This document shows, one piece after another, positions 46,385 to 57,228 of a stretch of DNA of 64,000 bases (the stretch's first letter is position 1; each line of letters opens with the position of its first letter). The notes beneath the pieces were generated by a model. It was given only the letters and a program-made list of their open reading frames with translations. It had not been told where the DNA came from and searched no databases. Origin of the DNA: a virus; the IMG/VR virus record IMGVR_UViG_3300027687_002091, positions 5,068-69,067 of that record; one strand, given 5' to 3'. The position numbers and the translations under genes were made by a program.

Positions 46385-48304
46385 ATGGCAAATAGAATAC
46401 CACTCATAGTTGATAGAGATGATAGCAACAAACTAAAAGAATTACCAATAGGTGATAATTTAGATTTAACAGGTTCGGGTATTACTGGAGCAGGAACTAT
46501 TTCTGCAACAGGACTTACACTTGCAGGTGTTAACTATAATCCTTTTAGTGGAAGTTGGAATGACTTAGCAGACAAACCAACAGTAGCCGCAACAACAACA
46601 GACTTACCAGAAGGTACTAATCAATATTTTACAAACGAAAGAGTTGATGACAGAGTAAATGCTATCCTTAGAGAAGGTAGCGGAGTTGATATCACATACG
46701 ATGACTTAAACGGAACTATTACTATTGCCGCAACAGGTGGCGGTGGTGGTGCAGGAGGCAGTGGCATTGTTACTGACTTAACCGGACTAGCATCAAGTAA
46801 CGTACTTAAATGGAATACCACAGCAGGACAAGATAATAACGGAGCATGGGTTAACAGTTTTATTAATTACAGCGAAATTGTTGGCACTCCAAGTTTATCC
46901 GCAGTAGCAATAAGTGGAAGTTATAATAATTTATCTAATAAGCCAGACTTAGTAAACGACATTAGTGATTTATCAGATGTAGATACGCAAGGTACACCCC
47001 CTACACCGGGACAGGTATTAAAATGGGACGGACTTAGATGGGCACCAGCTAATGATGCTACATCAGGTGGCGGAGGACTAAATGCTGACACACTTGATGG
47101 CTTTGATAGTCCTTACTTCTTAGACTATGCAAACTTGACAAACAAACCTAGTTTGTTTGATGGTAACTTTAGTTCTTTAGTAGGCAATCCGACTACACTT
47201 GCAGGATATGGCATTACTGATTCTATTAGTGCAAACCAAAGTTATACACAAAACGGCAGTGTAACATTTAACAGTGATACAGGAATCGTAGTTGGTACAA
47301 ACAATAATCTTAAAATACGTGTAGATAGTGCTGTAATTATTGAAAGTACAGTAGACGCACAAGATTTAGATATTAAAGTAAAACCAATTACTGGTGTTGA
47401 AACAGCAATTAAAATTGATACTGGAACAAAACGTGTTGGTATCTTTACTGGCACACCAACACATAAACTTACAGTAGCAGGTGATGTTAGTGCTACTTCG
47501 TTTATTGGTAGTGGTACAAGTTTAACAGGCATTACATTAAGCCAAATATTAGCAGGCGGATCAGAAGTAAGTGATAGTGTAAGTTTTGGAAATGTAACAC
47601 CTTACGCTACTGCAACATATAACTTAGGTGCAAGTAATAATGTTTATTCTAATGCATATGCAACTAACTACCATGGAGGTGGTGCAAATATTACAGGAGT
47701 ACAATACTCAAATGTTACAGGCACACCTACACTAGCAACAGTAGCAACTACAGGTGCATACGGTGACTTAACAGGAGCACCAACAACAGTAAGTTCATTT
47801 ACAAATGACTCAGGCTACTTGGCAAACTTGTCAACAACTAGTATTACTACATTATCAGATGTAAGTATTAACAGTCCGCAAGCAAACCAAATTATAAAAT
47901 ACGTTGGCGGCATTTGGACAAATGCAACAGGCGGCGAATCAGTTGGTAACTTTACATTTAGTACAAGTGTAATTGACACAGACGATTCAAGTAGTATTAC
48001 AATTACTCCAGCAGTAACAATAAGCAGTGACCTTACAGTACAAAACGACATGACTGTAGCAGGTTCATTACAAGCAGAAACATTTGAAGGTACAGGTACA
48101 GGTACTCCGCAGATTACTAGTGCAGGCTCAATTGAGCTTGTTGCTGAAGATGCTGTTAAGGTAACACAGAGTCCATTTAGATTAGCATCGTTTACAACTA
48201 CTGAGCGTAACGCTCTTACAGCAGTAAACGGGGATACCATATATAACACAACTACAAACAAGTTCCAAGGTTATGCGAACGGTGGTTGGGTTGACTTACA
48301 TTAA
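46385..48304 (+). CDS. Tail fibre protein
   Basis: SGSYNNLSNKP-type repeats, DLSDVD..GQVLKWDG, PTTLAGYGITD. Confidence 0.8.
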   Translation: MANRIPLIVDRDDSNKLKELPIGDNLDLTGSGITGAGTISATGLTLAGVNYNPFSGSWNDLADKPTVAATTTDLPEGTNQYFTNERVDDRVNAILREGSGVDITYDDLNGTITIAATGGGGGAGGSGIVTDLTGLASSNVLKWNTTAGQDNNGAWVNSFINYSEIVGTPSLSAVAISGSYNNLSNKPDLVNDISDLSDVDTQGTPPTPGQVLKWDGLRWAPANDATSGGGGLNADTLDGFDSPYFLDYANLTNKPSLFDGNFSSLVGNPTTLAGYGITDSISANQSYTQNGSVTFNSDTGIVVGTNNNLKIRVDSAVIIESTVDAQDLDIKVKPITGVETAIKIDTGTKRVGIFTGTPTHKLTVAGDVSATSFIGSGTSLTGITLSQILAGGSEVSDSVSFGNVTPYATATYNLGASNNVYSNAYATNYHGGGANITGVQYSNVTGTPTLATVATTGAYGDLTGAPTTVSSFTNDSGYLANLSTTSITTLSDVSINSPQANQIIKYVGGIWTNATGGESVGNFTFSTSVIDTDDSSSITITPAVTISSDLTVQNDMTVAGSLQAETFEGTGTGTPQITSAGSIELVAEDAVKVTQSPFRLASFTTTERNALTAVNGDTIYNTTTNKFQGYANGGWVDLH

Positions 48305-48316
48305 AGGATTTAACTG

Positions 48317-50824
48317 ATGAGTGAAAAAGAGTATATCGTAACTCTTAAAGAAGGTGTCGACTATGATGCATTTAATCGAGAGATGATTGCAGAAACAGGC
48401 GCCGGAGATATTCCAGGACGTACTGTTACTATAGCAGACGCAAGACTAGGTTCACAAAGAAATACACATTATATGTTGACTACTGACGAAGTAGATACTC
48501 TTAAAAACGACAGTAGAGTTTTAGATGTAGATCTTCCACCTGATCAAAATCCAAATATTGAAATTGGTATTCAATCAGTACAGACAGCAAATTTTAATAA
48601 GTCAAGTGCCGATAGCGGAGATTATCGAGACTGGGGTAAAATTAGACACAGTTTCTTTGAACAACAATATGCAAGTAACTCAACAAACACTAACCGTACG
48701 TTTGCAATGGACGGACAAGGTGTTGATGTTGTTATACAAGATAGTGGGCTAGAATGTGGTCACCCTGAATTTTACATGGACGATACAGCAGAGTATGTTA
48801 GTACAACACTCGATGCTAACAGCACAAATGGTGCAGTGTTTGATAGAGAAGTCACAGTTCACGGATTAAAACTTGTTCCGGCAGGTGCAGTAGGCGGACA
48901 GTCAGCAGTGCCAGATGACTTTAGTAAAAAAGTTGCACAAGTTGTAAAACTATTAATTGATCCTACAGGCACACATATTAATCTTACACAACAAAAAAAT
49001 CTAATAGCAACACTAAAAGGTGATGCTGGTACATTCCATGCAGGTATGCCAACTGCACAAAGAATTGGTAACAGTGCAGGTTCAAGTTATTCACCTAACT
49101 GGCTAACTGATGCGGGCATTCCAAGTTATGCAGGATACCAAACATTTTTAGACTCACATGTGGCTAACGATATGGTATGGTATAATAATGCAAGCGGGCC
49201 TTCACCAACTACACAAGATAGTGAAATTGAAGAAGTTATGGAACACTTGTTTCATACAATACATTTATTTGGATTGCCAGGCGCAACTCCAGGTAGTGCA
49301 ACAGGATTAAATTGGCTTGCTACAAATGCTGTTGGAGATAGTTGGAAAACAACTGAACTACATCTTGCAATGAAAGAAGCAATTGATGCAGGTAAGTTTG
49401 ATCCAACCGACTATGCATCTAGCTGGGACACAAATGCTGATTATGCAGAACTTGCATACAAAGAATATATGTACTTGCTTAACTGGGGCATGTGGGACAT
49501 GAGTGAATTTTGGGATGGTGAAACTTTATCTCCTGAATGGACAGACGACATGCGTACACCGGCTGGTATTAGAACAAATAATCCACAAGGTTATCAACTT
49601 TTCAAAAAATACTTTATGCCTGTATTAAGCAAGCCAAGTTTTACAACATTGAAAAGTATCTTCAAAGGAAACGATCAAGGTAACGAAAACTATCTAGCAT
49701 GGTCCGGTGCAAATAGAGTACATGAAATTAATTGGGCAGACGAAAGCGGAATAAGTTTTACACAGAGTGCAAATCATTATAGAGACTGGGACGGACACGG
49801 AACACATTGTGGTGGAACAGCAGTAGGTAAGAACTTTGGTTGGGCTACAAAAGCAAGAATATTTAGTGTTAAAGTAAGTGGACTAGAAGGCACAGGTGAT
49901 GCTGGTACTGGTATTAGTATTTCAAACGTGTATGATTGTATTAAACAATGGCACATCAACAAAGAAGCAGATCCAATTACAGGAGTAAAACGTCCTACTA
50001 TTGTAAACGCAAGTTGGGGATATAGCAGTAGCATTGGTAATAGCTTTAATAACATTACAACTATTGTGTACAGAGGTACAACTTATAATAGCGGTAATGA
50101 TGGTAGCTTTGGTGGAACAACTCATATGAGAGATACCTATGGTTTTTATCCATACTATGCAAGTGGCTATTATAGATTTCCTGTAAGAGTATCTAGTGTA
50201 GATACAGACGTAAACGAATGTATTGCGGCAGGTGTACACATTTGCATTGCGGCAGGTAACAACAGTTTTAAAGCAGATCTAAGCACTGGCTTAGATTATA
50301 ATAATATAGTATTTTCAAGTGGTGGAGCAAATGGAAACTACCATAGAGGTAGTTCACCTTTTAGTGATAATGCATTTATGGTAGGGTGTATGGACAGCAC
50401 ACCAGAAGATGAATCAGGTAATGTAGAAAAGAAAACAGGGTTTAGTACAACAGGTCCAGCAGTAAATATATTTGCGGCTGGTGAGAATATTGTTAGTGCA
50501 ACTAGTACAACAAACAAATTTGGAGCGCCAAGTTATTTTGATAATGCTAACTTTAGGCAAACTAATATTAGCGGAACAAGTATGGCAAGTCCACAAGTAT
50601 GCGGAGTAGGAGCATTGTACTTACAAGCAAGTCCAGAACTTACACCTGCACAACTACAAAATAAAATGAACAATGCTTCAAAAGCAATTTTGAAAGACGA
50701 AAATAATCTTACTAACTACGGTGATACTACAGATATATGTGGTGCTGAAAATAGAATGTTGTTTAACAAATATAATCAACAAAAGCCATTTACCAGTAAC
50801 ATTGTAGCAATGAAGAAGCGATAA
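48317..50824 (+). CDS. Subtilisin-like S8 serine protease with large insertion
   Basis: VVIQDSG (Asp), HGTHCGG (His), AAGN, GTSMASP (Ser); EYIVTLK prodomain. Confidence 0.88.
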   Translation: MSEKEYIVTLKEGVDYDAFNREMIAETGAGDIPGRTVTIADARLGSQRNTHYMLTTDEVDTLKNDSRVLDVDLPPDQNPNIEIGIQSVQTANFNKSSADSGDYRDWGKIRHSFFEQQYASNSTNTNRTFAMDGQGVDVVIQDSGLECGHPEFYMDDTAEYVSTTLDANSTNGAVFDREVTVHGLKLVPAGAVGGQSAVPDDFSKKVAQVVKLLIDPTGTHINLTQQKNLIATLKGDAGTFHAGMPTAQRIGNSAGSSYSPNWLTDAGIPSYAGYQTFLDSHVANDMVWYNNASGPSPTTQDSEIEEVMEHLFHTIHLFGLPGATPGSATGLNWLATNAVGDSWKTTELHLAMKEAIDAGKFDPTDYASSWDTNADYAELAYKEYMYLLNWGMWDMSEFWDGETLSPEWTDDMRTPAGIRTNNPQGYQLFKKYFMPVLSKPSFTTLKSIFKGNDQGNENYLAWSGANRVHEINWADESGISFTQSANHYRDWDGHGTHCGGTAVGKNFGWATKARIFSVKVSGLEGTGDAGTGISISNVYDCIKQWHINKEADPITGVKRPTIVNASWGYSSSIGNSFNNITTIVYRGTTYNSGNDGSFGGTTHMRDTYGFYPYYASGYYRFPVRVSSVDTDVNECIAAGVHICIAAGNNSFKADLSTGLDYNNIVFSSGGANGNYHRGSSPFSDNAFMVGCMDSTPEDESGNVEKKTGFSTTGPAVNIFAAGENIVSATSTTNKFGAPSYFDNANFRQTNISGTSMASPQVCGVGALYLQASPELTPAQLQNKMNNASKAILKDENNLTNYGDTTDICGAENRMLFNKYNQQKPFTSNIVAMKKR

Positions 50825-50844
50825 ATATAGTATAGGAGACTTAC

Positions 50845-51534
50845 ATGGCAATACAAACTATCAACATCGGAACTATTGCAAACGACGGTACAGGTGATGA
50901 TCTACGTGAAGCGTTTGTAAAAGTAAATAGTAACTTTACAGAACTTAACGCTAGAAGTACAGAATCAACAACTGTTGCTAACTTAGGCAGTGCTGGTGAA
51001 GGAGTGTTTGGACAAATAAGTGGTACCGAACTACAATTTAAAAAGATTGTAGCTGGAACAGCAATTTCACTTGCCGCTGATGCTAACGCTATTACAATTA
51101 ATAGTACATCAACAGGTCTTCCTAGCGTACAAATTTTTGCAGACAACAACAATATTACACTAGATTCTAACGGTAATGCACTAACACTTGCAGGTGGTGG
51201 AACTACTACAACAAATTTAAGCGGAACTACACTTACTATTTCAAGTGTGACTTCTGTACAAACTGATACAGATCCTAAACTTACAGCAACGCTAAACGCA
51301 CAAACAAACAATATTACTAATGTTGGTAATATGACTGGTAACGTACATGGTCTTGATATAAGAACATTTGATGGAGTACAGCAATATCTAACATTAGACA
51401 TGGGCGAAGCTGTTCCTACATTATTCACTAGCACATTAGAATATCTAGCACACAACTTAGTTGTTGACTTTGACGATGGTAATGCAACGTTTACAGCATC
51501 AACAGCAGTTCTCGCAGATATGGGAACGCTATAG
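50845..51534 (+). CDS. Baseplate/fibre protein
   Basis: ANDGTGDDLREAFVKVNSNF N-terminus. Confidence 0.75.
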   Translation: MAIQTINIGTIANDGTGDDLREAFVKVNSNFTELNARSTESTTVANLGSAGEGVFGQISGTELQFKKIVAGTAISLAADANAITINSTSTGLPSVQIFADNNNITLDSNGNALTLAGGGTTTTNLSGTTLTISSVTSVQTDTDPKLTATLNAQTNNITNVGNMTGNVHGLDIRTFDGVQQYLTLDMGEAVPTLFTSTLEYLAHNLVVDFDDGNATFTASTAVLADMGTL

Positions 51535-51543
51535 GAGTTTTAA

Positions 51544-54501
51544 ATGGCGCAATTATGGACTGTTACCCCTGGGTACAACTTAGGTACATACCAAGAAAGT
51601 ATTACACAAACTATTGCTTTACCAGTCGTAACTGGTTGTACACTTTCTCTTATTAGCGGAAAGTTACCTGGTGGATTACGGATTAGTGGTAATAGTTTAT
51701 TAGGAACTCCGTTTGAAGTTAACAGATTAAAAACATTTAAATTTGTTATACGTGCTGTTAAAAATAATCTTAAAGAAGATATAACATTACAATTAAAAAT
51801 TAACGGTGCTGATGCACCAACCTGGATAACTTCAGAAGGACCGTTACCTGTTGGTCCTAACAATAGATTTTATATTTTAGATAGTAGTCCAGTAGATTTT
51901 CAACTACAAGTTATCGACCCTGACTTACCAGCAGGCGATACTATTGAATATTTCATTGGAGACAATGATGGAGAATTACCTCCAGGTATCGAACTAGGAA
52001 GAACAACTGGTAAACTCACTGGTGTTGTCGAACCAATACTTGCATTAGAAAAAAGAGCTAGTGCTGGTTTCTTTGATAGTAATGTGTATGGTACATTTCC
52101 TTTTGATTTTGGTGTTAAGAGTGCTAACGGTTTTGAAAGTTATTATTATGATACAACATTTTATGATTATGCAGTTCCAACACAAAGTCCTAAAAAATTA
52201 AACAGGTATTATGAATTTGAAGTAAGTGCTAGTGATGGGGTTGTAATTGCAAAACGTAAGTTCCAAATATATCTTGTAGGAGATGATTTCTTAAGAACAG
52301 ACAATACAATCATGCAACTTGCTACTGGTTTGTTTACAGTAGACAACACATATCTAAGAGCACCTGTTTGGTTAACACCAAGTGACTTAGGTTATCGTCG
52401 TGCTAATAATTATGTAACATTATTCCTTGATGTATATGATCCTACAAGTAATCAAGGTATAATTAGTTTTACAGTTAAAAGCTCAAACGCAGACGGATCT
52501 ACAAGTGCATTACCTCCAGGAATGACGATTGATAGTACAACCGGAGAAATTGCAGGACGTATTCCTTATCAGCCAGCAGTTACTACAGAATATAAGTTTA
52601 CAGTAGAAGCACTAAGACAAATTGGGTCTACAACAAATACAACTACACAATCATTTGCAAACAACATAGGTGTTGGGCAAACTTGGAGTGGTGATGATAA
52701 TGTAGCATTTACAGACCTTGCTGATAGTTTGTTTAACGGATTAGGAGCAACAGGTTGGATTGTATTTAATGATGTTCCTGTAACTGAAGCTGACGCAGGT
52801 GATAACAAAAGTTATAAAGCTATTGATATTATAGATAAATCTGTTTGGACTATAGAGAACGGAAGAGTAACATCTACATCAACAGACAAGTCTATAACTA
52901 AAATTGAAGTAGGTAGTGTAGACTTACTAAGAGGAAAATTTTTAGGAACTATTGCAAACATAGGTTATAAAACATATGACGCATTTGGAGCAACTGTTGC
53001 AAATAAAGTTGTTACAATGTCGTTTTATAGTTTTGACAAAAGAACATCATCACTAATAAATCCAACAGTAGCAAAAGACAAAGAGTTTACAGTTAAACTA
53101 TTAGGCGAAGTTGAAAGTGCTATTACATGGAATACTGTTGCCGCACTAGGAAATCTTAGAGCTAACTTTGTTAGCACATTAACTGTTAGTGCTACAAGTA
53201 GTGTTCCTAATGCTGTTGTACTTTACACATTAGATTCAGGTAGACTTCCGCCAGGACTTTCTCTTGCTATTGACGGACAGTTACAAGGAAAAATTAAACA
53301 GTTTGGTGAGCCTAGTAAGCCTGGACTTACTACTATAGATAAAGCTACAACAACAACAACATTTGATGGTGCAACAACAACTATTGATAGAAAATATGTA
53401 TTCACTGTAAAAGCACAAGACCAGTTCCAGTTTAGTGCAACAACAAGACAGTTTACTATTACAACAACTGATCCAGATGATACTCTTTATAGTAGTGTGT
53501 CAATGGTGCCTTTACTAAAGCAGACACAAAGAAATATATTTAGAAACTTTATATCTGATCCTACTGTCTTTACCCCAGGAAGCATTTATAGACCAAACGA
53601 CGAAACATTTGGATTGCAACCACAAATTAAAATGTTAGCATATGCTGGTATTGAAACTAAAGCTATAGCAGAATTTGTTGCGGCAGTATCAAAGAATCAT
53701 AAAAGAAAACAATATAAACTAGGAAGTGTTAAGAAAGCAATAGCAAAAACTCCTGGCAGTAACAGTACAGTTTATGAAGTAATTTATTTAGATGTTATTG
53801 ATCCTGCAGAGCCTGATGTTGGTAAAGGTAAAACAAATACTAGTTTTAATATTCAAACAAAAAACGAAGTTACAGTAGATAGTATACAATATTCTGTAAC
53901 AGATGATAATACTGGCGTAGGCACAGGTGAAGGATTTTTTGACTTAGGACTACGTGGCGGAGAAGGACTTAGTCCAGCTTCAACAGGAACACTATCTATT
54001 TTTACTAGACTAGGACCTGTGTCATTTGCTTCAGGTGGTAGTATTACAGTTGAGCTCCAAGATGGTAGTGTTATTAGTAGTCAAAGTATTGACGATAGTA
54101 TTAGTTCAGATTCATTAAGATTACGTCCTTTAACAAATACAATTAAAATTGATAGTGATGCTATAAAGATTAGTGATAGTAACGATCAAAGAAAGTATAT
54201 TAGTAACATCACTAATATGAGAGACAGAATTAGAGCAGTAGGAAGTAACCTTAGAGAGTTTTATCCGTTGTGGATGCGTACTGCACAAACAGCAGGACAA
54301 GCAGAATTAGGCTTTAAACTAGCAATACCACTATGTTACTGTAAACCAGGTGAAGCAGATAGTGTAATACTTAACATTAATAATAGTAATTTTAACTTTA
54401 AACAACTAGATATTGAAATTGAAAGATACAACATCGACAGTACAGACGGTAATAGTAACGAGCAATATGTTCCGTTCGCAAACTACCAGTTCAATGTATA
54501 A
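51544..54501 (+). CDS. Ig-like (He_PIG) repeat structural protein, probable baseplate wedge
   Basis: Repeated G.LPPG....G.L.G units; IPLCYCKPG C-terminus. Confidence 0.75.
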   Translation: MAQLWTVTPGYNLGTYQESITQTIALPVVTGCTLSLISGKLPGGLRISGNSLLGTPFEVNRLKTFKFVIRAVKNNLKEDITLQLKINGADAPTWITSEGPLPVGPNNRFYILDSSPVDFQLQVIDPDLPAGDTIEYFIGDNDGELPPGIELGRTTGKLTGVVEPILALEKRASAGFFDSNVYGTFPFDFGVKSANGFESYYYDTTFYDYAVPTQSPKKLNRYYEFEVSASDGVVIAKRKFQIYLVGDDFLRTDNTIMQLATGLFTVDNTYLRAPVWLTPSDLGYRRANNYVTLFLDVYDPTSNQGIISFTVKSSNADGSTSALPPGMTIDSTTGEIAGRIPYQPAVTTEYKFTVEALRQIGSTTNTTTQSFANNIGVGQTWSGDDNVAFTDLADSLFNGLGATGWIVFNDVPVTEADAGDNKSYKAIDIIDKSVWTIENGRVTSTSTDKSITKIEVGSVDLLRGKFLGTIANIGYKTYDAFGATVANKVVTMSFYSFDKRTSSLINPTVAKDKEFTVKLLGEVESAITWNTVAALGNLRANFVSTLTVSATSSVPNAVVLYTLDSGRLPPGLSLAIDGQLQGKIKQFGEPSKPGLTTIDKATTTTTFDGATTTIDRKYVFTVKAQDQFQFSATTRQFTITTTDPDDTLYSSVSMVPLLKQTQRNIFRNFISDPTVFTPGSIYRPNDETFGLQPQIKMLAYAGIETKAIAEFVAAVSKNHKRKQYKLGSVKKAIAKTPGSNSTVYEVIYLDVIDPAEPDVGKGKTNTSFNIQTKNEVTVDSIQYSVTDDNTGVGTGEGFFDLGLRGGEGLSPASTGTLSIFTRLGPVSFASGGSITVELQDGSVISSQSIDDSISSDSLRLRPLTNTIKIDSDAIKISDSNDQRKYISNITNMRDRIRAVGSNLREFYPLWMRTAQTAGQAELGFKLAIPLCYCKPGEADSVILNINNSNFNFKQLDIEIERYNIDSTDGNSNEQYVPFANYQFNV

Positions 54502-54534
54502 TGCTGATAAATAATAGCAACGAGAGGATAAACT

Positions 54535-55140
54535 ATGGCAAGTAATATTAGTAACACAGGAATTAACAGTGATTTTCCTATAGCGGGACAAGATAATGAC
54601 TCGCAAGGATTTCGTGATAATTTCACAACAATTAAGGCAAACTTTGTAGCGGCGAAAGCAGAGATTGAAGCAATACAAACTAACGGTGCAGTAAAGAATG
54701 CAGATAACAATTTCTTAGGAAACAGTATTATTAATGCTGATTTAAAGAATACAACAGAAACTGCATATGTTGCTGGAGCAACTATTAATACTAGTCAAAA
54801 TATTAACCTTGACAACGGTGCTTATCAAGAGTTTACAGTTGGTGCAGATATTACACTTACATTTGCTAACTGGTCAAGTACACTAGCAAGAACAGGTAGA
54901 ATCCGTTTACATATTAAAAGTGATCAAGCGGCAGGTAGTGCTACTAATAGAACTATTACATTTGCAAGTAATGCAGGTGGTGGAACTGTTAAAACAAATA
55001 CTAACTGGCCAACAGGTGATCTTACAGCAGTAATTGGCGCTCCAGGTGCCGCTGAATCATCTAAGTACTATGCATTTGAATTTACTAGTTATGATAGTGG
55101 TGCAACTGTATGGGCAGAATACTTAGGAATTTATCAGTAA
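54535..55140 (+). CDS. Structural protein
   Basis: FPIAGQDNDSQGFRDNF; late promoter at 54507. Confidence 0.7.
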   Translation: MASNISNTGINSDFPIAGQDNDSQGFRDNFTTIKANFVAAKAEIEAIQTNGAVKNADNNFLGNSIINADLKNTTETAYVAGATINTSQNINLDNGAYQEFTVGADITLTFANWSSTLARTGRIRLHIKSDQAAGSATNRTITFASNAGGGTVKTNTNWPTGDLTAVIGAPGAAESSKYYAFEFTSYDSGATVWAEYLGIYQ

Positions 55141-55380
55141 ATGCATCCTTTTGCCGAAGATACTAAAGATATGACAGTATCTCAACTATATGATAAAGTT
55201 GCAGAATTAACTGGAAAGTATTTTGCAACTCAAAATCCTCAACTTCAAGAACAAATATCAACGTTTATTGAATACTATAAGCAAGAAGCTACCGTAAAAG
55301 AAGCCAAAAACCGACTTCAAGACAAAGAAAACCAACAAAATGGCAATTTAGATCTTGACAAACTGATTAATATCAGTTAA
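55141..55380 (+). CDS. Hypothetical protein
   Basis: Abuts upstream stop. Confidence 0.65.
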   Translation: MHPFAEDTKDMTVSQLYDKVAELTGKYFATQNPQLQEQISTFIEYYKQEATVKEAKNRLQDKENQQNGNLDLDKLINIS

Positions 55381-55389
55381 AATACATAT

Positions 55390-55920
55390 ATGCTAATGAA
55401 AACAGACACTCTAGGAATACCACGATTTACGAATAAGGATCTAGTCGATATGATCTATACTGGTCATGCGGATAAAGTTCATGTGGTATTATGCGATACT
55501 TCAGACGATGTAGACAAGTTTAATACAGCAATGGAAGAACAAGGTATGAATCCATTGCAAAAATATATTCCACTAGATGTAGACGAAAAGACTTTTGACG
55601 GTGCGTTACAGTCAGAATGGTTTATGCCTGATGAATATAAAGAACTTAATGTATACAAGTATGTATTAGGTAAAGCACATACACCTTGTCCAGAAGACGT
55701 ACAAAAGCGTATATGGGACGAAATGGAAGCATTTAAACAGCGTGACTTACATAACCTACTACGCTACATGATCTACTTAGTAGACTTTATGCGTGAGAAT
55801 AATATTGTATGGGGTGTTGGTAGAGGTAGTTCAGTAGCAAGTTATGTTCTATATTTAATCGGTGTACATAAGATAGATTCAATCCAGTTTGACCTGGATT
55901 GGAGAGAGTTCTTGAGATAA
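55390..55920 (+). CDS. DNA polymerase III alpha (DnaE) fragment
   Basis: WGVGRGSSVASYVLYLIGV motif; only 176 aa; promoter TTGACA 55355 / TAAAAT 55378. Confidence 0.8.
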   Translation: MLMKTDTLGIPRFTNKDLVDMIYTGHADKVHVVLCDTSDDVDKFNTAMEEQGMNPLQKYIPLDVDEKTFDGALQSEWFMPDEYKELNVYKYVLGKAHTPCPEDVQKRIWDEMEAFKQRDLHNLLRYMIYLVDFMRENNIVWGVGRGSSVASYVLYLIGVHKIDSIQFDLDWREFLR

Positions 55921-55945
55921 GTACATATATAACCAGGAGACTAAA

Positions 55946-56338
55946 ATGGCAGTAAAACAAACAGGTCGAAAACAATACAAATCAATGCAGGGTAAACCTG
56001 TTGATATGGATTTGCTTAGACAAAGAAACGAACTAACACCAGCAGTTGGTAATGCTCGTGTTAATGCAAGAGGCGATGAACTAGGTGCCGGCGGAAAGAT
56101 TATTAAGAAGCGTGAAGACGTCTTACGTGACTTCTACGAAGATAATGTTGCTCCTACACAGTTTGAAGCATCAGAAAAAGCACCAGTAGTAGAGCCAACA
56201 GTTGAAGCAACAGAAGTTGAAACACCTAAGGCACGATCTACTAAAGCAAAAACAGGCCAAACAAAAGCAGAAGCAAAAGAAGAAGCTGATGATTGGGTTG
56301 AAGATGCTGACGGTAACTTTGTACAAAGAGGTGATTAA
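55946..56338 (+). CDS. Conserved phage hypothetical protein
   Basis: AVGNARVNARGDELG.GG. Confidence 0.7.
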   Translation: MAVKQTGRKQYKSMQGKPVDMDLLRQRNELTPAVGNARVNARGDELGAGGKIIKKREDVLRDFYEDNVAPTQFEASEKAPVVEPTVEATEVETPKARSTKAKTGQTKAEAKEEADDWVEDADGNFVQRGD

Positions 56339-56802
56339 TGTCACTTGATATGAAAGCAATGGCGCAAGGTAAAAGAGGCGTTCAAGGAAAGATTGAGGCA
56401 GAAAGTATTCGCCCAATCCGGAACAGAGTATTAGTTCACAACATGTACTTCGGCGAACAAAAAACTGCAAGCGGTTTAATTCTTCGAAGTGACGATGGTG
56501 AGACTAGAGGCATTTATCCTCGTTGGGGACAAGTATATGCTAAAGGACCAGAAAACAAAGATCCTTACGAAATAGGTCATTGGATTTTAGTTGAGCACGG
56601 ACGTTGGACTAGAGGACTTAATATCCATATTAATGGTGACGAAGAACCAACTACTATTAGAATGGTCGAAGCCGAAAGTATCATGGGGTGGAATGAAGTA
56701 AAGCCGCAAGATAGTATTAGCATTGGTGAAGAATATAGTTTAACTGGTGACACTGCTAAACCTGAAGACTTTGCAAACGCCCACGGGCAAATGAATCAAT
56801 AG
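56338..56802 (+). CDS. GroES-like co-chaperonin
   Basis: IRPIRNRVLV, EQKTASGLIL, G.VYAKGP. Confidence 0.75.
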   Translation: MSLDMKAMAQGKRGVQGKIEAESIRPIRNRVLVHNMYFGEQKTASGLILRSDDGETRGIYPRWGQVYAKGPENKDPYEIGHWILVEHGRWTRGLNIHINGDEEPTTIRMVEAESIMGWNEVKPQDSISIGEEYSLTGDTAKPEDFANAHGQMNQ

Positions 56803-56816
56803 AGAAAGTAAATAAA

Positions 56817-57227
56817 TTGAAGAACGTAGACTTAAACAAGTATAAAGATTTCGTACGGGAAGTAACTAGTGAGCAATCTAACAACACAGATGCTCTTACT
56901 ACAACTTTAAAAGAATTAGAAACTAACAGTGGTGTTAACATGGCACTACTACTAACAGGCTCGATTGGAATGGCGAGTGAAGGAGGCGAATTTGCTGAAA
57001 TTGTTAAAAAATGTATTTTCCAAGGTAAACCTTTGGATGCAGACACAATCTTTCATGCTAAACGAGAACTTGGCGATATTGCTTGGTATTGGGTCAATAG
57101 TTGTCGGGCATTGGGTCTCGACCCTAATGACGTACTAGAAGAAAACGTAAACAAACTAAAGTCACGATATCCAGGTGGCGAGTTTGATGTACACTACTCA
57201 GAGAATAGAAAAGAAGGCGACCTATAA
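56817..57227 (+). CDS. MazG-like NTP pyrophosphohydrolase
   Basis: SEGGEFAEIVKK, ELGDIAWY, NVNKLKSRYP. Confidence 0.88.
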   Translation: MKNVDLNKYKDFVREVTSEQSNNTDALTTTLKELETNSGVNMALLLTGSIGMASEGGEFAEIVKKCIFQGKPLDADTIFHAKRELGDIAWYWVNSCRALGLDPNDVLEENVNKLKSRYPGGEFDVHYSENRKEGDL

Positions 57228-57228
57228 C

